A stretch of DNA of 64,000 nucleotides from an uncultured Fibrobacteria bacterium (GTDB lineage: Bacteria > Fibrobacterota > Fibrobacteria > UBA11236), in the NCBI GenBank assembly GCA_963716395.1, contig OY970309.1, positions 512,001 through 576,000 on the forward strand. Reading direction: 5' to 3'. The position numbers were made by a program, and so were the translations under genes. Below are positions 11,044-22,200 of this stretch, in pieces (position 1 is the stretch's first letter; each line of letters begins with the position of its first letter). The notes beneath the pieces were generated by a model. The model was not told the DNA's origin, made no database searches, and saw only the letters and a program-made list of their open reading frames with translations.

Positions 11044-12552
11044 TTAAGGGAGATTGCGCAACCACACCGGCTGCGCGTTCGGATTCAACCTGCGACCCAA
11101 CAGGGAGTAATGGGAGAGAGGCCATCGGTACCAATTGGCCGGCCGTGGTTCGGATGGGGAGAGCGAAGGCAGGATCGCCGTCGCCACATTGGGATTCTTC
11201 ATTTTATACCACATCAAGCGCGTGGGGGCCGGAATCGGATTGCGCGGCAGATCCTGATTGTTGGGCATGGTTTCCCAGCGCAAGGCGTACACGAGGGTCG
11301 GATCGACTTGGGAAACGGCCTGCTCCCAATTCACCTGCATGCCCGGATTATTCACCACTTCGAGATCAGCCGGCCAATAGGCATCGGGCAGGGTTTGCAC
11401 GGGTTGCAAGGTATTCGGGTCCAGCACCCAGACCCCCGTTTCCACCGGACCCGCGGCGCTCAGCCAGTGGTAAAACCATTGCGTCAACGTTCCGTCGGAA
11501 TTCAAAACCACCGGTCCGAATTGAACCTCCAGCACCAAGGTTCCCGTGCCGCCGAAGTCCCATTTATAGGTCCAGTGGCTGGTTTGGTGGATTTGCCATT
11601 TTCCGTTTTCCAAGCGGGCGTTGTAAATCTGCGTGTATCCATTCGCCGTGGAATCGAATTTGTGGTAGGTGACGATGGGCCGGCCTTGCGCGTCGAAACC
11701 GATTTGGCCGCGGTTGATCAAACCGCCTTGCTCCGGAACCGTGTCAATGATCACGCCGGGAGTCGAAAGGGTCACCGGCAGGGTCACCGGGGCTCCGGCC
11801 CAGGTCAGCCATTGCGTCAGGTTTTGCGTTTTCATGTAGGAGACGTCGAAGGTGGTGGAGGCGTCGGGCGTTTCCCGCCAAAACCAAAACAGGTGGTAAT
11901 AACCGTCCGGTCCGGTGACCGGTCCGGCGTTGGGAGCGCCGAGATAGGCGTTGCGCGCGCCCTGGCCGTCGAAGAGCGCGGTTCCCAATAACCGCGTCCA
12001 GGTTTTCGAGCCGGGATTCCAGCGATTGACGTATTCGTTGCCGTTGCCGCTGCCGCCGTCGCGGTACATATACAGCAATTCTCCCTGGGTGCCGCGGAAG
12101 AAAACCGGATAGGTCATCGAACTTTCCTGCGTGCCGATCATGCTTGCGATGGGTTTCAGGCTGTCGATGTTACCGGGCACGTCGGAGCGGTAATACACCA
12201 GGGGCGCCACGTGCATGTCGCCGCTGACGTGCAGCAAATTCTGGTCGTCGAGAACGGAGGTCACATAGTTGTGACTGTCCCATCCCAGTTGAGCAGACAA
12301 CTTTTTGTATTTCCACGTCGACCCGGTGCCGGGAGGCCGCATGGCTACGGTCATATATTCATTGCTGTCGTAATAGGTCGCGAAAATCGAATCGCCGGCA
12401 TTGTCGATCAGAGAAAAATCCACCGGGGTGCCGGACCAGACCGCGGAGACCAAACTGGAATCCAAAATCACCAGGCGCTGTTGGGCCGCGGACGGAAGCA
12501 AGCCCAATCCGGCGACGCAGGCGACCCAGGTGATTGATAAGAACTTGCGCAT
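11044..12552 (-). CDS. Secreted BNR-4 beta-propeller protein (PL25/GH145-like lyase or rhamnosidase candidate)
   Basis: Signal peptide; DSHNY...LHVSGDMH...TYPVF...LLYMYRDGGSGNG motif series; short C-terminal tail containing YSLLGRR. Confidence 0.72.
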   Translation of the reverse strand: MRKFLSITWVACVAGLGLLPSAAQQRLVILDSSLVSAVWSGTPVDFSLIDNAGDSIFATYYDSNEYMTVAMRPPGTGSTWKYKKLSAQLGWDSHNYVTSVLDDQNLLHVSGDMHVAPLVYYRSDVPGNIDSLKPIASMIGTQESSMTYPVFFRGTQGELLYMYRDGGSGNGNEYVNRWNPGSKTWTRLLGTALFDGQGARNAYLGAPNAGPVTGPDGYYHLFWFWRETPDASTTFDVSYMKTQNLTQWLTWAGAPVTLPVTLSTPGVIIDTVPEQGGLINRGQIGFDAQGRPIVTYHKFDSTANGYTQIYNARLENGKWQIHQTSHWTYKWDFGGTGTLVLEVQFGPVVLNSDGTLTQWFYHWLSAAGPVETGVWVLDPNTLQPVQTLPDAYWPADLEVVNNPGMQVNWEQAVSQVDPTLVYALRWETMPNNQDLPRNPIPAPTRLMWYKMKNPNVATAILPSLSPSEPRPANWYRWPLSHYSLLGRRLNPNAQPVWLRNLP

Positions 12553-12685
12553 AGAAATTCCGGCTCTCACCCGATGCTAAAATAACGACGGGCGGGGAAT
12601 TTCACCCTCAAAACCAACGCTGGCCAACACGCCAAATGCGAGGTCCGGCCGCCTGGGTGCGCCGGCCCACGCAAGCCATCCCCGT

Positions 12686-14122
12686 TCAAAAAACCAGCAG
12701 ACGCGCGGTGCGGGTCAAGCCGGACGCACGCAACTGCGTGAAATAAATTCCGGGCGAAACCCGATGTCCGTTGCGATCCGTAAGATCCCAAAACAAATTC
12801 TTGCTCCCGATGGAAAAGGTCCGCACGCGCTGGCCGAACACATTGAGGATGTCCAGGCGCTGGAACGAGGCGACATTGGCGAAGATTTCACCTTTCCCCT
12901 GCACCATAAACGAAATCGGATGGAGGGAAGGGGAAAGAATGCCGGTGGCCGGTTGGATGGTGTTGATCCCCGCGCTCGAATCGGCCCAAACCCAGGTGGG
13001 TCCGCTGATCCGCAGCCGTAAAGTTTGGGTGGGTTCGTTGGGCACGGTCCAATTGTAGGAGCCGGTGTTGGGAACCGAATCCGCGATGGTCTCCCAACCC
13101 GTACCCGTATTGTATTCCAGATTGACCTTGGAAAAATCGGCGGTCCCGAGGCTGCGCCATTTGATGGCGTAAACCGCTTGCGCCTTCAGGGTCTCGCCGG
13201 AATCCGGGTGATCCAGGAAAAGGCGATGCAGAAAATTCGCGGTTTCGGGCGTGCTGGGAGGAAGCTCCATGATTTCCCAGTGGCGGAAATTGATCACCGC
13301 TCCTTCGGATTGCAAACCGATGGCCCCGTGATCATAGGGCCCATCGGGGGTTCCGTTTTGCTGATCGTTGAAGATGCGGATATTCCAAAGTTTGAACACC
13401 AAGGTATCGTTGATGAAGTAATAGGCGGTGTCGGATCCGCGCGTCACGAGCTCATATTTGAGCCAGCGCGTTTGGCCGTTCGAACCGTTGGAAATGAGAG
13501 GCGTGGCGCTGTAATTGCGGGCGTTGCAACCATGTTCGCAGGCCTGGACGGTGGTGCCGCCGGTGGGTGCGTAATTGTTGCCGTTGACCCGGGTTGTGAA
13601 CGTCACTTGTTGGATGGAGTAGGCGCCCCCCGCATCCTGCTGTTGCATTTGAAACTCGATGGAGCGGGGCCAATTATTACTCATGCGGATCACGCTTTCG
13701 TCGGTATGAAAGGTCATGCCCGAATTGTTGCCTCCCGCCAGCTGATCGAATTTTTGCCAAACCCGCACCCGGTAGTGGCTGTAGGAGGTTTTATCCGTGC
13801 CGATATTGCCGTCCGGCGAAGTGGCGGTCACACGGATGGTCGCCGTGTCGGTTCCGGTGTAGAGCAACTGCCAAGGCGAGCCCGGGGGATGCGTGATGGT
13901 GCCCGGATTTCCCCAATCCCGTCCATAAATGCCCGTCCAATCAGTGCCGTTGAACAATGGCACCCAGCCGGAATCGGCGGCGGTAAAAGTCTGAGCGCGC
14001 GCCGGATAGGCCAGTAGGCACACGGCCGCGAAGAATCCAAAGATCCACCGGCTTCCGTTCGCGCTCAGGAGGGAACGGGGGTGAGCAAAGGGAGACGAAG
14101 CTGCGACCATTATTTTCCTCAT
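12686..14122 (-). CDS. Secreted DUF1080 (3-keto-glycoside hydrolase/lyase fold) plus Ig-like domain plus FlgD/T9SS-like CTD
   Basis: GWVPLFNGTDWTG, NNSG, WPRSIEFQ, GAIGLQSEG..INFR. C-terminus ILNVFGQRVR...WDLTDRNGHRVSPGIYF. Start uncertain (14122 or 14152). Confidence 0.78.
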   Translation of the reverse strand: MRKIMVAASSPFAHPRSLLSANGSRWIFGFFAAVCLLAYPARAQTFTAADSGWVPLFNGTDWTGIYGRDWGNPGTITHPPGSPWQLLYTGTDTATIRVTATSPDGNIGTDKTSYSHYRVRVWQKFDQLAGGNNSGMTFHTDESVIRMSNNWPRSIEFQMQQQDAGGAYSIQQVTFTTRVNGNNYAPTGGTTVQACEHGCNARNYSATPLISNGSNGQTRWLKYELVTRGSDTAYYFINDTLVFKLWNIRIFNDQQNGTPDGPYDHGAIGLQSEGAVINFRHWEIMELPPSTPETANFLHRLFLDHPDSGETLKAQAVYAIKWRSLGTADFSKVNLEYNTGTGWETIADSVPNTGSYNWTVPNEPTQTLRLRISGPTWVWADSSAGINTIQPATGILSPSLHPISFMVQGKGEIFANVASFQRLDILNVFGQRVRTFSIGSKNLFWDLTDRNGHRVSPGIYFTQLRASGLTRTARLLVF

Positions 14123-14204
14123 TTTGGCTGGGTGGCTGTGAAAGAGATGCATAAACCTAATGTCATTCCGTTTGCCAGTGGGACGATTCGCCGCAGACCG
14201 GGGA

Positions 14205-15746
14205 TCAATCCAGCAGCGCGGCGTTATGGGCGAGATAAAGAATCTTCGCACTGTTGGTGACTCTGCCGGCATGGCTGATCTTCAACAGGTAAAGCCCTTC
14301 GGGTTGGTTCACGAGATCGAAGCGTTGGGTATAGGTTTCACCGGATCGGGTCTGAATGTGGATGGCCTGCACGAGTCTTCCCTTGAGATTAAAAAGCCGC
14401 GCCGATATTGGGCCGCTTGCGCGTGCGGTGAATTGGATCTGCAAGGCCGATCCGCTGACAGACACCTTGGCGGTGGAAAGCCCTCCCGCTTCCGCATTCT
14501 TCACTGCGGAGGATGTGCTGTCGACATTCACGACCAAAGTGGTCACGCTCTGGGCGGGCAGGGAGTAGGTGAACGAATTCCCCGTCGGGGTTAAGCTCGC
14601 ATCGGCGACGAGGTTCCGGGTGGCGTCGGTCACCCAAGGCGTCACTTTGAGGGCGGAGGCATTGGAGATGGTGAAGGCCTGAGAAGTCGCGGAAGTGTTG
14701 GTATTCGCGGCCACGATGACGACGTGGTCGGCTTGCGCGCCATAGTAGGCCGATATGGTGATCCCAGTCGCGGGCGCGGCGGTGGCACCGATGCGGACGT
14801 AGCCGGGTCGAACGAACCGGCTGTAATTTCCCATCACCCACAGCCGCTTGCTCGGTTGATTCGTGTTCTTGTCCCACAGGGCGCCATTATCATTGCAGCA
14901 GGGATAAACCCACCAGAAATGCCAGGCATTCATGTTGGCGATGGTCAGCGCCTGATGGATCAGGTTGGCCACCCGCAAGGCGCTGCCCATGCCCGGGTCC
15001 TCGTTGTTATCCGTATCGTAGATCTCGGTTTCCCAGAATCGCTTGCCGGCCTGGGCGATTTGAGGATAGGCCGCCGGGCTGCCGCCGTATTCGTGGGTCG
15101 CGACAATCGAGGTGTATTTCCAGGCATCGGCGTTGTTCTGCAACGAAGTCAAATAAGAACCGATGCCGTACCAGTTCTCCGTCTCCGGAGCCATCAGCTT
15201 GGTATCGGTACCGGCCAGGGCCGGTCCCAAATAGCTACCCACCCATGTCGCCATCTGATCGGCCGTATAGGAAGTCGTGTTGTTCGCGCCCTTGCTGTCC
15301 GGTTCATTCTCCGCGGAGAGGGCATAAATCGGCACTCCCGCATTTTTCATGGTCGTCAAGAAGCTCACGAGGGTGTTGGCCCAATCTTGCGGGTTGGTGA
15401 GCGTCGGCGGACTGCCGGTGACATCCGCAGCCTTTACCTCCCAAGGTGCCGCCCAGACCTTGACGCCATGGGCCACCGCGAGCTTGGCGATATTGGTCTC
15501 GCTGGTCGTGCCGCCGCTGATGTGAATGCGATGCAGCGAAAGCCCGGCGCCGGTCGTAGTATCCCACAACAGGTCGGCATCGGTGGCGCTCATCGAGGAG
15601 CCCCACGCCGTCGAGGCGCCGAATCCATCGATCGTCTGGTAGTGCGTGTTGACATCCACCGCAACCGTCGCCCCCAAGGCATGACCGGCAACCAACGCTG
15701 CGGTCAAAGCGACTTCAGTTGTCAAAGCTGAGACAACACCCCTCAT
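14205..15746 (-). CDS. Secreted GH30 (glucurono)xylanase-like glycoside hydrolase with T9SS-like CTD
   Basis: YQTIDGFGAS, acid/base SAENEPD, nucleophile WETE, YSRFVRPGYVRI, LPAQSVTT. CTD LFNLKGRLV...PEGLYLLKI. Strong RBS. Confidence 0.9.
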   Translation of the reverse strand: MRGVVSALTTEVALTAALVAGHALGATVAVDVNTHYQTIDGFGASTAWGSSMSATDADLLWDTTTGAGLSLHRIHISGGTTSETNIAKLAVAHGVKVWAAPWEVKAADVTGSPPTLTNPQDWANTLVSFLTTMKNAGVPIYALSAENEPDSKGANNTTSYTADQMATWVGSYLGPALAGTDTKLMAPETENWYGIGSYLTSLQNNADAWKYTSIVATHEYGGSPAAYPQIAQAGKRFWETEIYDTDNNEDPGMGSALRVANLIHQALTIANMNAWHFWWVYPCCNDNGALWDKNTNQPSKRLWVMGNYSRFVRPGYVRIGATAAPATGITISAYYGAQADHVVIVAANTNTSATSQAFTISNASALKVTPWVTDATRNLVADASLTPTGNSFTYSLPAQSVTTLVVNVDSTSSAVKNAEAGGLSTAKVSVSGSALQIQFTARASGPISARLFNLKGRLVQAIHIQTRSGETYTQRFDLVNQPEGLYLLKISHAGRVTNSAKILYLAHNAALLD

Positions 15747-15961
15747 CCCTTAACCCTCCTCGTGGGATTTTAGCGAACCGGCCCTCGTCAAATGATATAG
15801 CGGAAGTGCCCGGATCACATGAGAAATCCCCGTTCGAGTAGCCTCCTTTTCGTTTTTTGCCTTCCCTGAGCTCTTCGCTCCTTGAACGGCCCCGTCCAGG
15901 AGCCGGCCGCATAATTCCCGCATTTTCCGGCACGAGGAATGTTAGGGTTCCGCCGCATGCG

Positions 15962-17527
15962 CTAAAATACTCCCCACCCCATGCGCAGGGAGGCACGGGT
16001 ACCGCCTGAATACGATCCGGAGGGGCTTCCGCCGGAGGTAATTTGGCCTTCGCCTGCAAGGCGGCGAAATTCCACGCGTATCGGAACCGCTTGCGCGGCC
16101 GAAGCTTCCACGAAGGTCCGGCCCCAATGTGCCGTCAGTCCCAATTCCGGCGTCATGAATTGGGCGCGCACTCCGGGAAAATCCTGGCTGTAATCGTCCA
16201 AGGTGTAACCGATGAGGAACTCGGAATTTTTTTTCGTCAAGGTTCCGAAGGCTTCGAGGTCGACAACGCTGTAATCCAAGCCCGCTTTCCACCGCCAATG
16301 CGCCGTAGTTCGGGCCATCCAGGCCCCGGTTGTCCATTGGCGCAAATAAAGGTTTCCGTTGAATAGCCAGGTTTGCGAATCGAATAGATCCAAAACGTTT
16401 CCCGCATAGGAGTCGAGCACGCCGTTGCGATCCCAGAAATATTTTCCGTAGGCGGCTTGCGGCCGAAAGGCGTCCCAATCCAGGCGCGAGATTCCCGCGA
16501 AGCCTCCGCTTTCCCATGGGCCTTTTCCGGCCCGCACATCGATGCGGGCGTCGCCATCGCGGTTTTGGCCTTGCTCATAGCCGAATTGATACAGGTTATC
16601 GGTGCTGCGGATGCCCCGAAAAACATGCTCCCCGTAGGTCTGTTCCCATTTTCCGGAGGCGCGCCAATGCCCCCGCGATCCGGAATCGGCCCAGGCCAGA
16701 CTCGCGGTGTTTTCCCAAACGCGTCCGCTGTCGGATAAGCTATAGAGAATGCCTTCGGTGTTGGGAAGATTCAATACCCGCAAGCGCCCGGACCAGGCCG
16801 CCTCCAGCGGCCCGTACTTCCACCCCACCGACGCGGCGTGAAAATCCTCCCGTAACACAAAAGGTACGGACAGGACCCGGTAATCCTCCAGCTTCAGCAT
16901 CACGGGAAACGCCGTGCCTTCGGTCCCCGTGGCCAGCGACCACGACACCCCGAAGCCGGCGTGTCCTTGCAAGGCCAGGGCATTTTCCCAGCCGCCTTCC
17001 GAATTCCAGCCGGCGGCCACGTAAGGGACCAGTCGCGGAATCAGGGGAACCGAGATCGAGGTCTGCGATTCCCAGGCGGCGCCTCCCGGATCGACGTAAA
17101 GCGAAGTGTCGCCGAGGCGACGATCCCAACGGATTCGTTGTAACGTGCTGCGGATGTCCAGCCCCGCGACGGGCTGCAAACGCAAAGCGAGTCCCGACGA
17201 CAGGGCGCCTTCGGCAACGGCAAAGCCGCCGGTTTTGCGGAGCAGATCCTCATCGTTCAGAGTAACGGCCGCCGACACCGGCGGGCCGACGGGTTTCGGC
17301 CCGGAAACGCACTCCGCGTCCTCGCGCGCTAGGCCGGGAATCGCATCCACCAGGTTTTCCCCGGAGCAGGGATCGGAGGGCATCCAGATTTGGCGATCGA
17401 GATCGAGACCCGTCACCGACTGGAACAGATCTTCCCAAGCCTGGGCCGGGTGAACCCCCGCCAGCACGGCGGGCAGAAAAAAAAAGAGGCGGGCCCGCAG
17501 CCCGCCTCTTTTGCAGACCTCGGTCAT
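15962..17527 (-). CDS. Hypothetical outer-membrane beta-barrel protein
   Basis: Signal peptide (..LPAVLAGVHPAQA); alternating aromatic/Gly strands; ends in ASLRMGWGVF with a terminal Phe. Start reassigned to the ATG at 17527, just downstream of the lipoprotein gene. Confidence 0.65.
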   Translation of the reverse strand: MTEVCKRGGLRARLFFFLPAVLAGVHPAQAWEDLFQSVTGLDLDRQIWMPSDPCSGENLVDAIPGLAREDAECVSGPKPVGPPVSAAVTLNDEDLLRKTGGFAVAEGALSSGLALRLQPVAGLDIRSTLQRIRWDRRLGDTSLYVDPGGAAWESQTSISVPLIPRLVPYVAAGWNSEGGWENALALQGHAGFGVSWSLATGTEGTAFPVMLKLEDYRVLSVPFVLREDFHAASVGWKYGPLEAAWSGRLRVLNLPNTEGILYSLSDSGRVWENTASLAWADSGSRGHWRASGKWEQTYGEHVFRGIRSTDNLYQFGYEQGQNRDGDARIDVRAGKGPWESGGFAGISRLDWDAFRPQAAYGKYFWDRNGVLDSYAGNVLDLFDSQTWLFNGNLYLRQWTTGAWMARTTAHWRWKAGLDYSVVDLEAFGTLTKKNSEFLIGYTLDDYSQDFPGVRAQFMTPELGLTAHWGRTFVEASAAQAVPIRVEFRRLAGEGQITSGGSPSGSYSGGTRASLRMGWGVF

Positions 17528-17568
17528 TTCACAACGCGATCCGCCTTGCTTCCGGGAAGGGAAAGGCC

Positions 17569-19050
17569 TTATTTCGTTCCCAGCAGGGAGAGGGCGAAAT
17601 TCTCGCTCATCAAGCCGGAGACCGAGGCCTTGGGCAAGGGACCTTGCCCGGCTTCGGCCTCTTTCAGAACGATGGCCCAGACCTTGTCCTCGGTGCCGCC
17701 CGGCAGAAAACCCTGAAAGGTGGGATCTTGCCAGTGAATAATGGGTTTGAGTTGCGCGATTACATCGGCGGCGGGCGTATTCAAGGAATCCGCCTGATTC
17801 AGAATATCGCTGACGGTTTTGAGATTGCCGGTTTCGTTGGCCGCGGCGTCGGTGAAATAAATCACGGGTTTGTCCGCGCTCCAATCGCCGACATCGTAAA
17901 AGTTGTAATAGGGCAGCAGCTTCTTATAATCCTGCACGTTGAAATAGGCCGCGAAGTTCACCAAGATGGTGGTGTCTCCCACCGACACGGAATACGGCTG
18001 CGTCATGTATTTCTGCACCGAGTCCACCCCCGTCACGGCCTGGCTCAAATCCCCGCTTTCGATGCAATCGCTGCCCAGTCCCGTGCCGGGGCACACATGC
18101 AATAAATAATCGGGATCGGTTTGGGCCTCCACCGCGGCCAACCCGTTTTGCAGCACGGCCAGGGCGTCGTTGATTTCACCATCCACGCCGGCGAGTTTGG
18201 CCTGCCAGGCCGGCCGCACGGCCAGGAACGGAGATCCGGGTTTGAGCAGGCCGGTCAGGGTGTTGATGGCGTCTTTTTGCGACTGCGGCAAGGTGGAGAA
18301 GTCACTGACCTGCGACAGGCTGTCTACCCCCATGCTGTCGAGTACGCGCAAATAATCGTACGACCCGCTGTCGTCGATATCGTAATCATAAGCGAGCAGC
18401 AAGGTGGAGAGGGCATGGGTCGTCTTGAATCCCGCCAGCAGCACGGCGATTTCGGCGTGCCCCAATTTGCGGGCCGAACTGTCGATGGTCAAGGTCATGG
18501 AGAAATTGGGATCGTTGTACACATCCGTGAGTTTGGCGATGGCATCCTCCAAGGCCGGCAGCAGGATGGCCGCCACGCTGTCTTGGATTTGATGGAACTC
18601 CGGAATGGTATCCTGCGCCGCCACGGCCCGCACCACGGCGAGACGGGCCAGGGGGGCTTGCTTCGGCAATTCGAGATTGAGGGGAGATCCGGCGTCTACC
18701 GTATGATTGATTTGATTGCTGATGCCGGGGCTTTGCGCCGCCAACAAGACCCCGGTGAGAGCGGCTCCCACCTTGGCTTGTTCGTTGCCGGGATTGAGTT
18801 GCAAGGCGTGTTGGAAATCGGCGTTGGAGTTTTTCAAAGAGGTCAAATCCTCTTTGCCGTATTGGAATTGGGAAATATTGCTGAGATCCGTAACGGTGCC
18901 GCTCAATTCCGCGTTGGCCTGGTTCACGGCGGCATCGGAGGCGTTTTGATCGGCGGTCGAAGGTCCGTTGCTGGAACTGATGCAACCGTAAAGGCAAAGA
19001 AAACCTGCGGCAGCGATCGCCCAGGTTAAGGGTGTTCGGATCATCGGCAT
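17569..19050 (-). CDS. Hypothetical acidic lipoprotein with a TPR-like helix pair
   Basis: Lipobox LYGC at about residue 23; FQHALQLNPGNEQA TPR-like segment; rich in Asp, Ser and Ala. Confidence 0.75.
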   Translation of the reverse strand: MPMIRTPLTWAIAAAGFLCLYGCISSSNGPSTADQNASDAAVNQANAELSGTVTDLSNISQFQYGKEDLTSLKNSNADFQHALQLNPGNEQAKVGAALTGVLLAAQSPGISNQINHTVDAGSPLNLELPKQAPLARLAVVRAVAAQDTIPEFHQIQDSVAAILLPALEDAIAKLTDVYNDPNFSMTLTIDSSARKLGHAEIAVLLAGFKTTHALSTLLLAYDYDIDDSGSYDYLRVLDSMGVDSLSQVSDFSTLPQSQKDAINTLTGLLKPGSPFLAVRPAWQAKLAGVDGEINDALAVLQNGLAAVEAQTDPDYLLHVCPGTGLGSDCIESGDLSQAVTGVDSVQKYMTQPYSVSVGDTTILVNFAAYFNVQDYKKLLPYYNFYDVGDWSADKPVIYFTDAAANETGNLKTVSDILNQADSLNTPAADVIAQLKPIIHWQDPTFQGFLPGGTEDKVWAIVLKEAEAGQGPLPKASVSGLMSENFALSLLGTK

Positions 19051-19262
19051 AGGTTTTCTCCTGAATCGGGTACTAAATAGCGGGAATTGTAACTGGTCTA
19101 GGATAGACTAATCGAGGCCTTTTCGCAATCCTCCCCATTCCCGCTGGCTTTTTTCGAAGAATAATTGAGCCGCTGCTTGCCCGCATCGGATCGACCGCCA
19201 CAAATTCTTGGGGAAATTCAGGTGCGCCGGGAAAAACTCATCGGCGTCCTGGGAGCCCGAAC

Positions 19263-22200
19263 CTAATCCTCGCGGACAATTCCCCAGATCTCCGTGCGGG
19301 AATACGGCATGACCGTGTTGTTCACGATAATTTGGTAGTGGATGCGGGCGATGTAAGCTCCGGTTCCAATACGCTCACCGTGTTTGGAAGTGTAATTCCA
19401 ACCGATGAAAACGTAGCCGCGGTGCAAGGTGCAATCGCCTTCAAAGATCGCGTCGGTGCATTTGATCTCCCCGCTGCCCGAGTTCACGTAGGCGCCCAGA
19501 TTGGTGAAGTAAGCCACGTCGTAATCGAGACGGACGTTGGAGATGTCGACCGAGGTGAAATCATCATGGATCAGATAGTCCGCCAAATCGGTTTTGATCA
19601 AATGGCCCATGCGGCCCGTACGCGTTTCGATGGATCGCGCGGAATCCGTCAACTCGGCGCGGATGGGAAGGATGGCCGGGGCCAAACGCAACGCTTCGGG
19701 AATTTCCACGCCCCGATTCAAGGTGACGGTTTCCAGGGTGGAAAGGGTGGTTCCGGTAATGGCCCGGTAGCGGGCATTCGCTCCGGCGACGTTACCGCCG
19801 GCATCCGCCACGCCTCCCGGCCCCGGGGCGATGCGCACCAGGTCGCCCGGAATGGGAGCCGGGGTTTGCCCCGGTGCATAGCCCAACAAGGCGATGGAAT
19901 CGCCCGCGCCCCAGCTCAGCGATTGCGGCGGCATGAATTGCCCGGCGCTGTCGAGGGCGGTCTTGAACTGAAAAAGATTTCCCATGGGAGATTGCAGGGC
20001 GTTCGTCGCAATCCCCTCGCTCAACACCACCCTTAAAGTATCCATGGTGTTACCCGGGAGCAGTTCCGCGGACAGAACGATGGGGGCCATGCGATCCTGA
20101 ATCGGAACCGATTGCGTCGAATCTTTTCCGCGCGCCGGATACGTGAACTTGAAGGTTCCGGCGCCCGAGGTTTGTACGGCCGCCGTGAAAACCCCTTTAA
20201 ACGTCAGGGTGTTTCCGGACGCCCCGCTATCCAAATCGGCGGCCAGGTTGGCCTGCGTAACCACCACGGGGCTGGCAGCACCCGGCCACTGGTACGACAC
20301 CTGCTTCGGCAAATCCGCGGCGATGGAGCTGTCAAAGGTGACGGAAATCCGATCGGCGATGCCGTCGGCATTGTCGTCGTAAACTCCCGCCGCCACCACC
20401 TTGGGCAAAATGATGGGAGGCAGGCGAAACGTCAAGGTTACCTGTTTGGCCGAACCCAGGGTGTTCATTTTGTAGGTGGAGTCGGTCAAGGCGTTGGGAT
20501 CGCCGGTGGCCCATAAAGTGTCGAAGCCCGTGGCTTTGGTGGTCAATATCGCCAGATTGGCCACGGGTGTGGTTTTGGCTTGGTCATGGTATACCAGCAA
20601 TCCCGGTGGAATCACGATTTGGTAGGCGGACGCGGCCGAATCCACCACGGCCCCGTTCCAGTTTTCCGCGACCACCGGAACCAAGGTTCCAATGGAGGTG
20701 TCCACCACGGCCGGCACCAATTCCACGAAGTTATGCGCCGACACGGTGAACGTGATTTGCGCCAGCACCTTGGTGTTGGTCGGTTCGTAGGTGACGATGC
20801 GGTAGGTTCCGGGGGCCAGTCCCCGGATTTTGGAAGTATCCACGTAAATATTCGGGGTACTGATGCGGATGCCGCCGAAGGTGACCGAATCGGTCAGGTT
20901 TTGAATCGCGGTGGAACTGTTCACAGGATACAAGGTGTAGACCAAGGACGCAGGCGCCGATTCGGTCACCAAAGAATCGGCGGAACTCTCGCAAGACCCC
21001 GTACCTCCGTTGCGCTTGAACACCGTATACAGAATGCTTCCGTCGGGTTGCAGCACGCCCGGCTTCACATCCAATTCATGCAACTGATTGAAGTAAATGG
21101 AGGTTTTGATGAGCAGGCTGGACGCGCATTTTTGTCGTTCACAGTAAAAGAAGTCCCAATTGTATTTCTGACCCGGGGTCAGTCCCTGCTGATCCAAATC
21201 GATGCTGCCCGGCAAGTCGACATGCCTTCCGCCCAAATCCAAGGCCAGCTTATTGTTGATGAACACCCATACGTCGTCGTCGCCCCGGAACTGAAAAACC
21301 TGGCCGGGCTTGTAGATGAAGGTGGCATGCGTTTCCATGCAAAAGCCGAAGTTGTGGGCTAACGAATCGGCCGGGGGCCAGCCTCCCCCACTCCGACTAT
21401 CATAACAGGCGCCCGTATCGTTTGCATCCAATTTATTGAAGTCGTCGATGGGGAAAAATGAGTGGTTGGAATTGTTGTACGAGTCGTATTGCCATTCTCC
21501 GTTGCCGGCTTTTCCCATGGGTAAATCGACACAGGTTTGATACCCCTTGTACGGCATGGGAATGGTGCTGTCGGAATTGAACCAGGTTTGAAAATGGGAT
21601 TGCGCGAGCGTAGTGGCGGTGGGCACGGGTTTCTGATCCGCGCCGAGTTGGTTTTCCACCATTCCCAAAGTCGGGCCATTCCCGCCGTTCCCAACGGATC
21701 CGGGACCATAATCAGGATTGTAATGCGCGGACATGTCATGCACCGTGGCGGCCATGAGGTATGAGCAAATCCCCTCGATATTCGGAAATGCGGCGGTGAT
21801 AGTTCCGTTTTCGGAATTTATCCACAACTCGTTTCCGTATTTGGCAAAGGCGGCGGTCAAGTCGATGGGCGACTTATCTCCATATCCGGCTTTCCCCCAG
21901 GTGGAATCCGGGCTGCTGACGCTGATGAAATAGGCGCCCACGGTATCCGATGTCAAAATGTATTGGCTGAACCAGTTGCAATGTCCCTGATCAAGCAGCA
22001 TGGAATCCGTTTTCCCGTTGATCACGATTTCCGGACCGTCCAACGGCCAAGGATTCAAGATGTGCACCAATTCAGGGGCATGCGTTAAAATCAAGGGCGC
22101 GGCCGAATCGGGTCCGCTGGGATCGGTGATGATCCAGATTTCACTCGCGCCTTGAAAATCGGCGATACTGAAGGTCGAGTTGGTTCCGAAGCCGTTCTTC

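Noticed and set aside
15962-17884. ORF-track N-terminal extensions (for example 17884, 22650, 25709, 31883, 35245, 56463, 58349)
   Set aside because: They overlap neighbouring genes or intergenic DNA. Downstream starts give proper signal peptides or an RBS, so I reassigned the starts.
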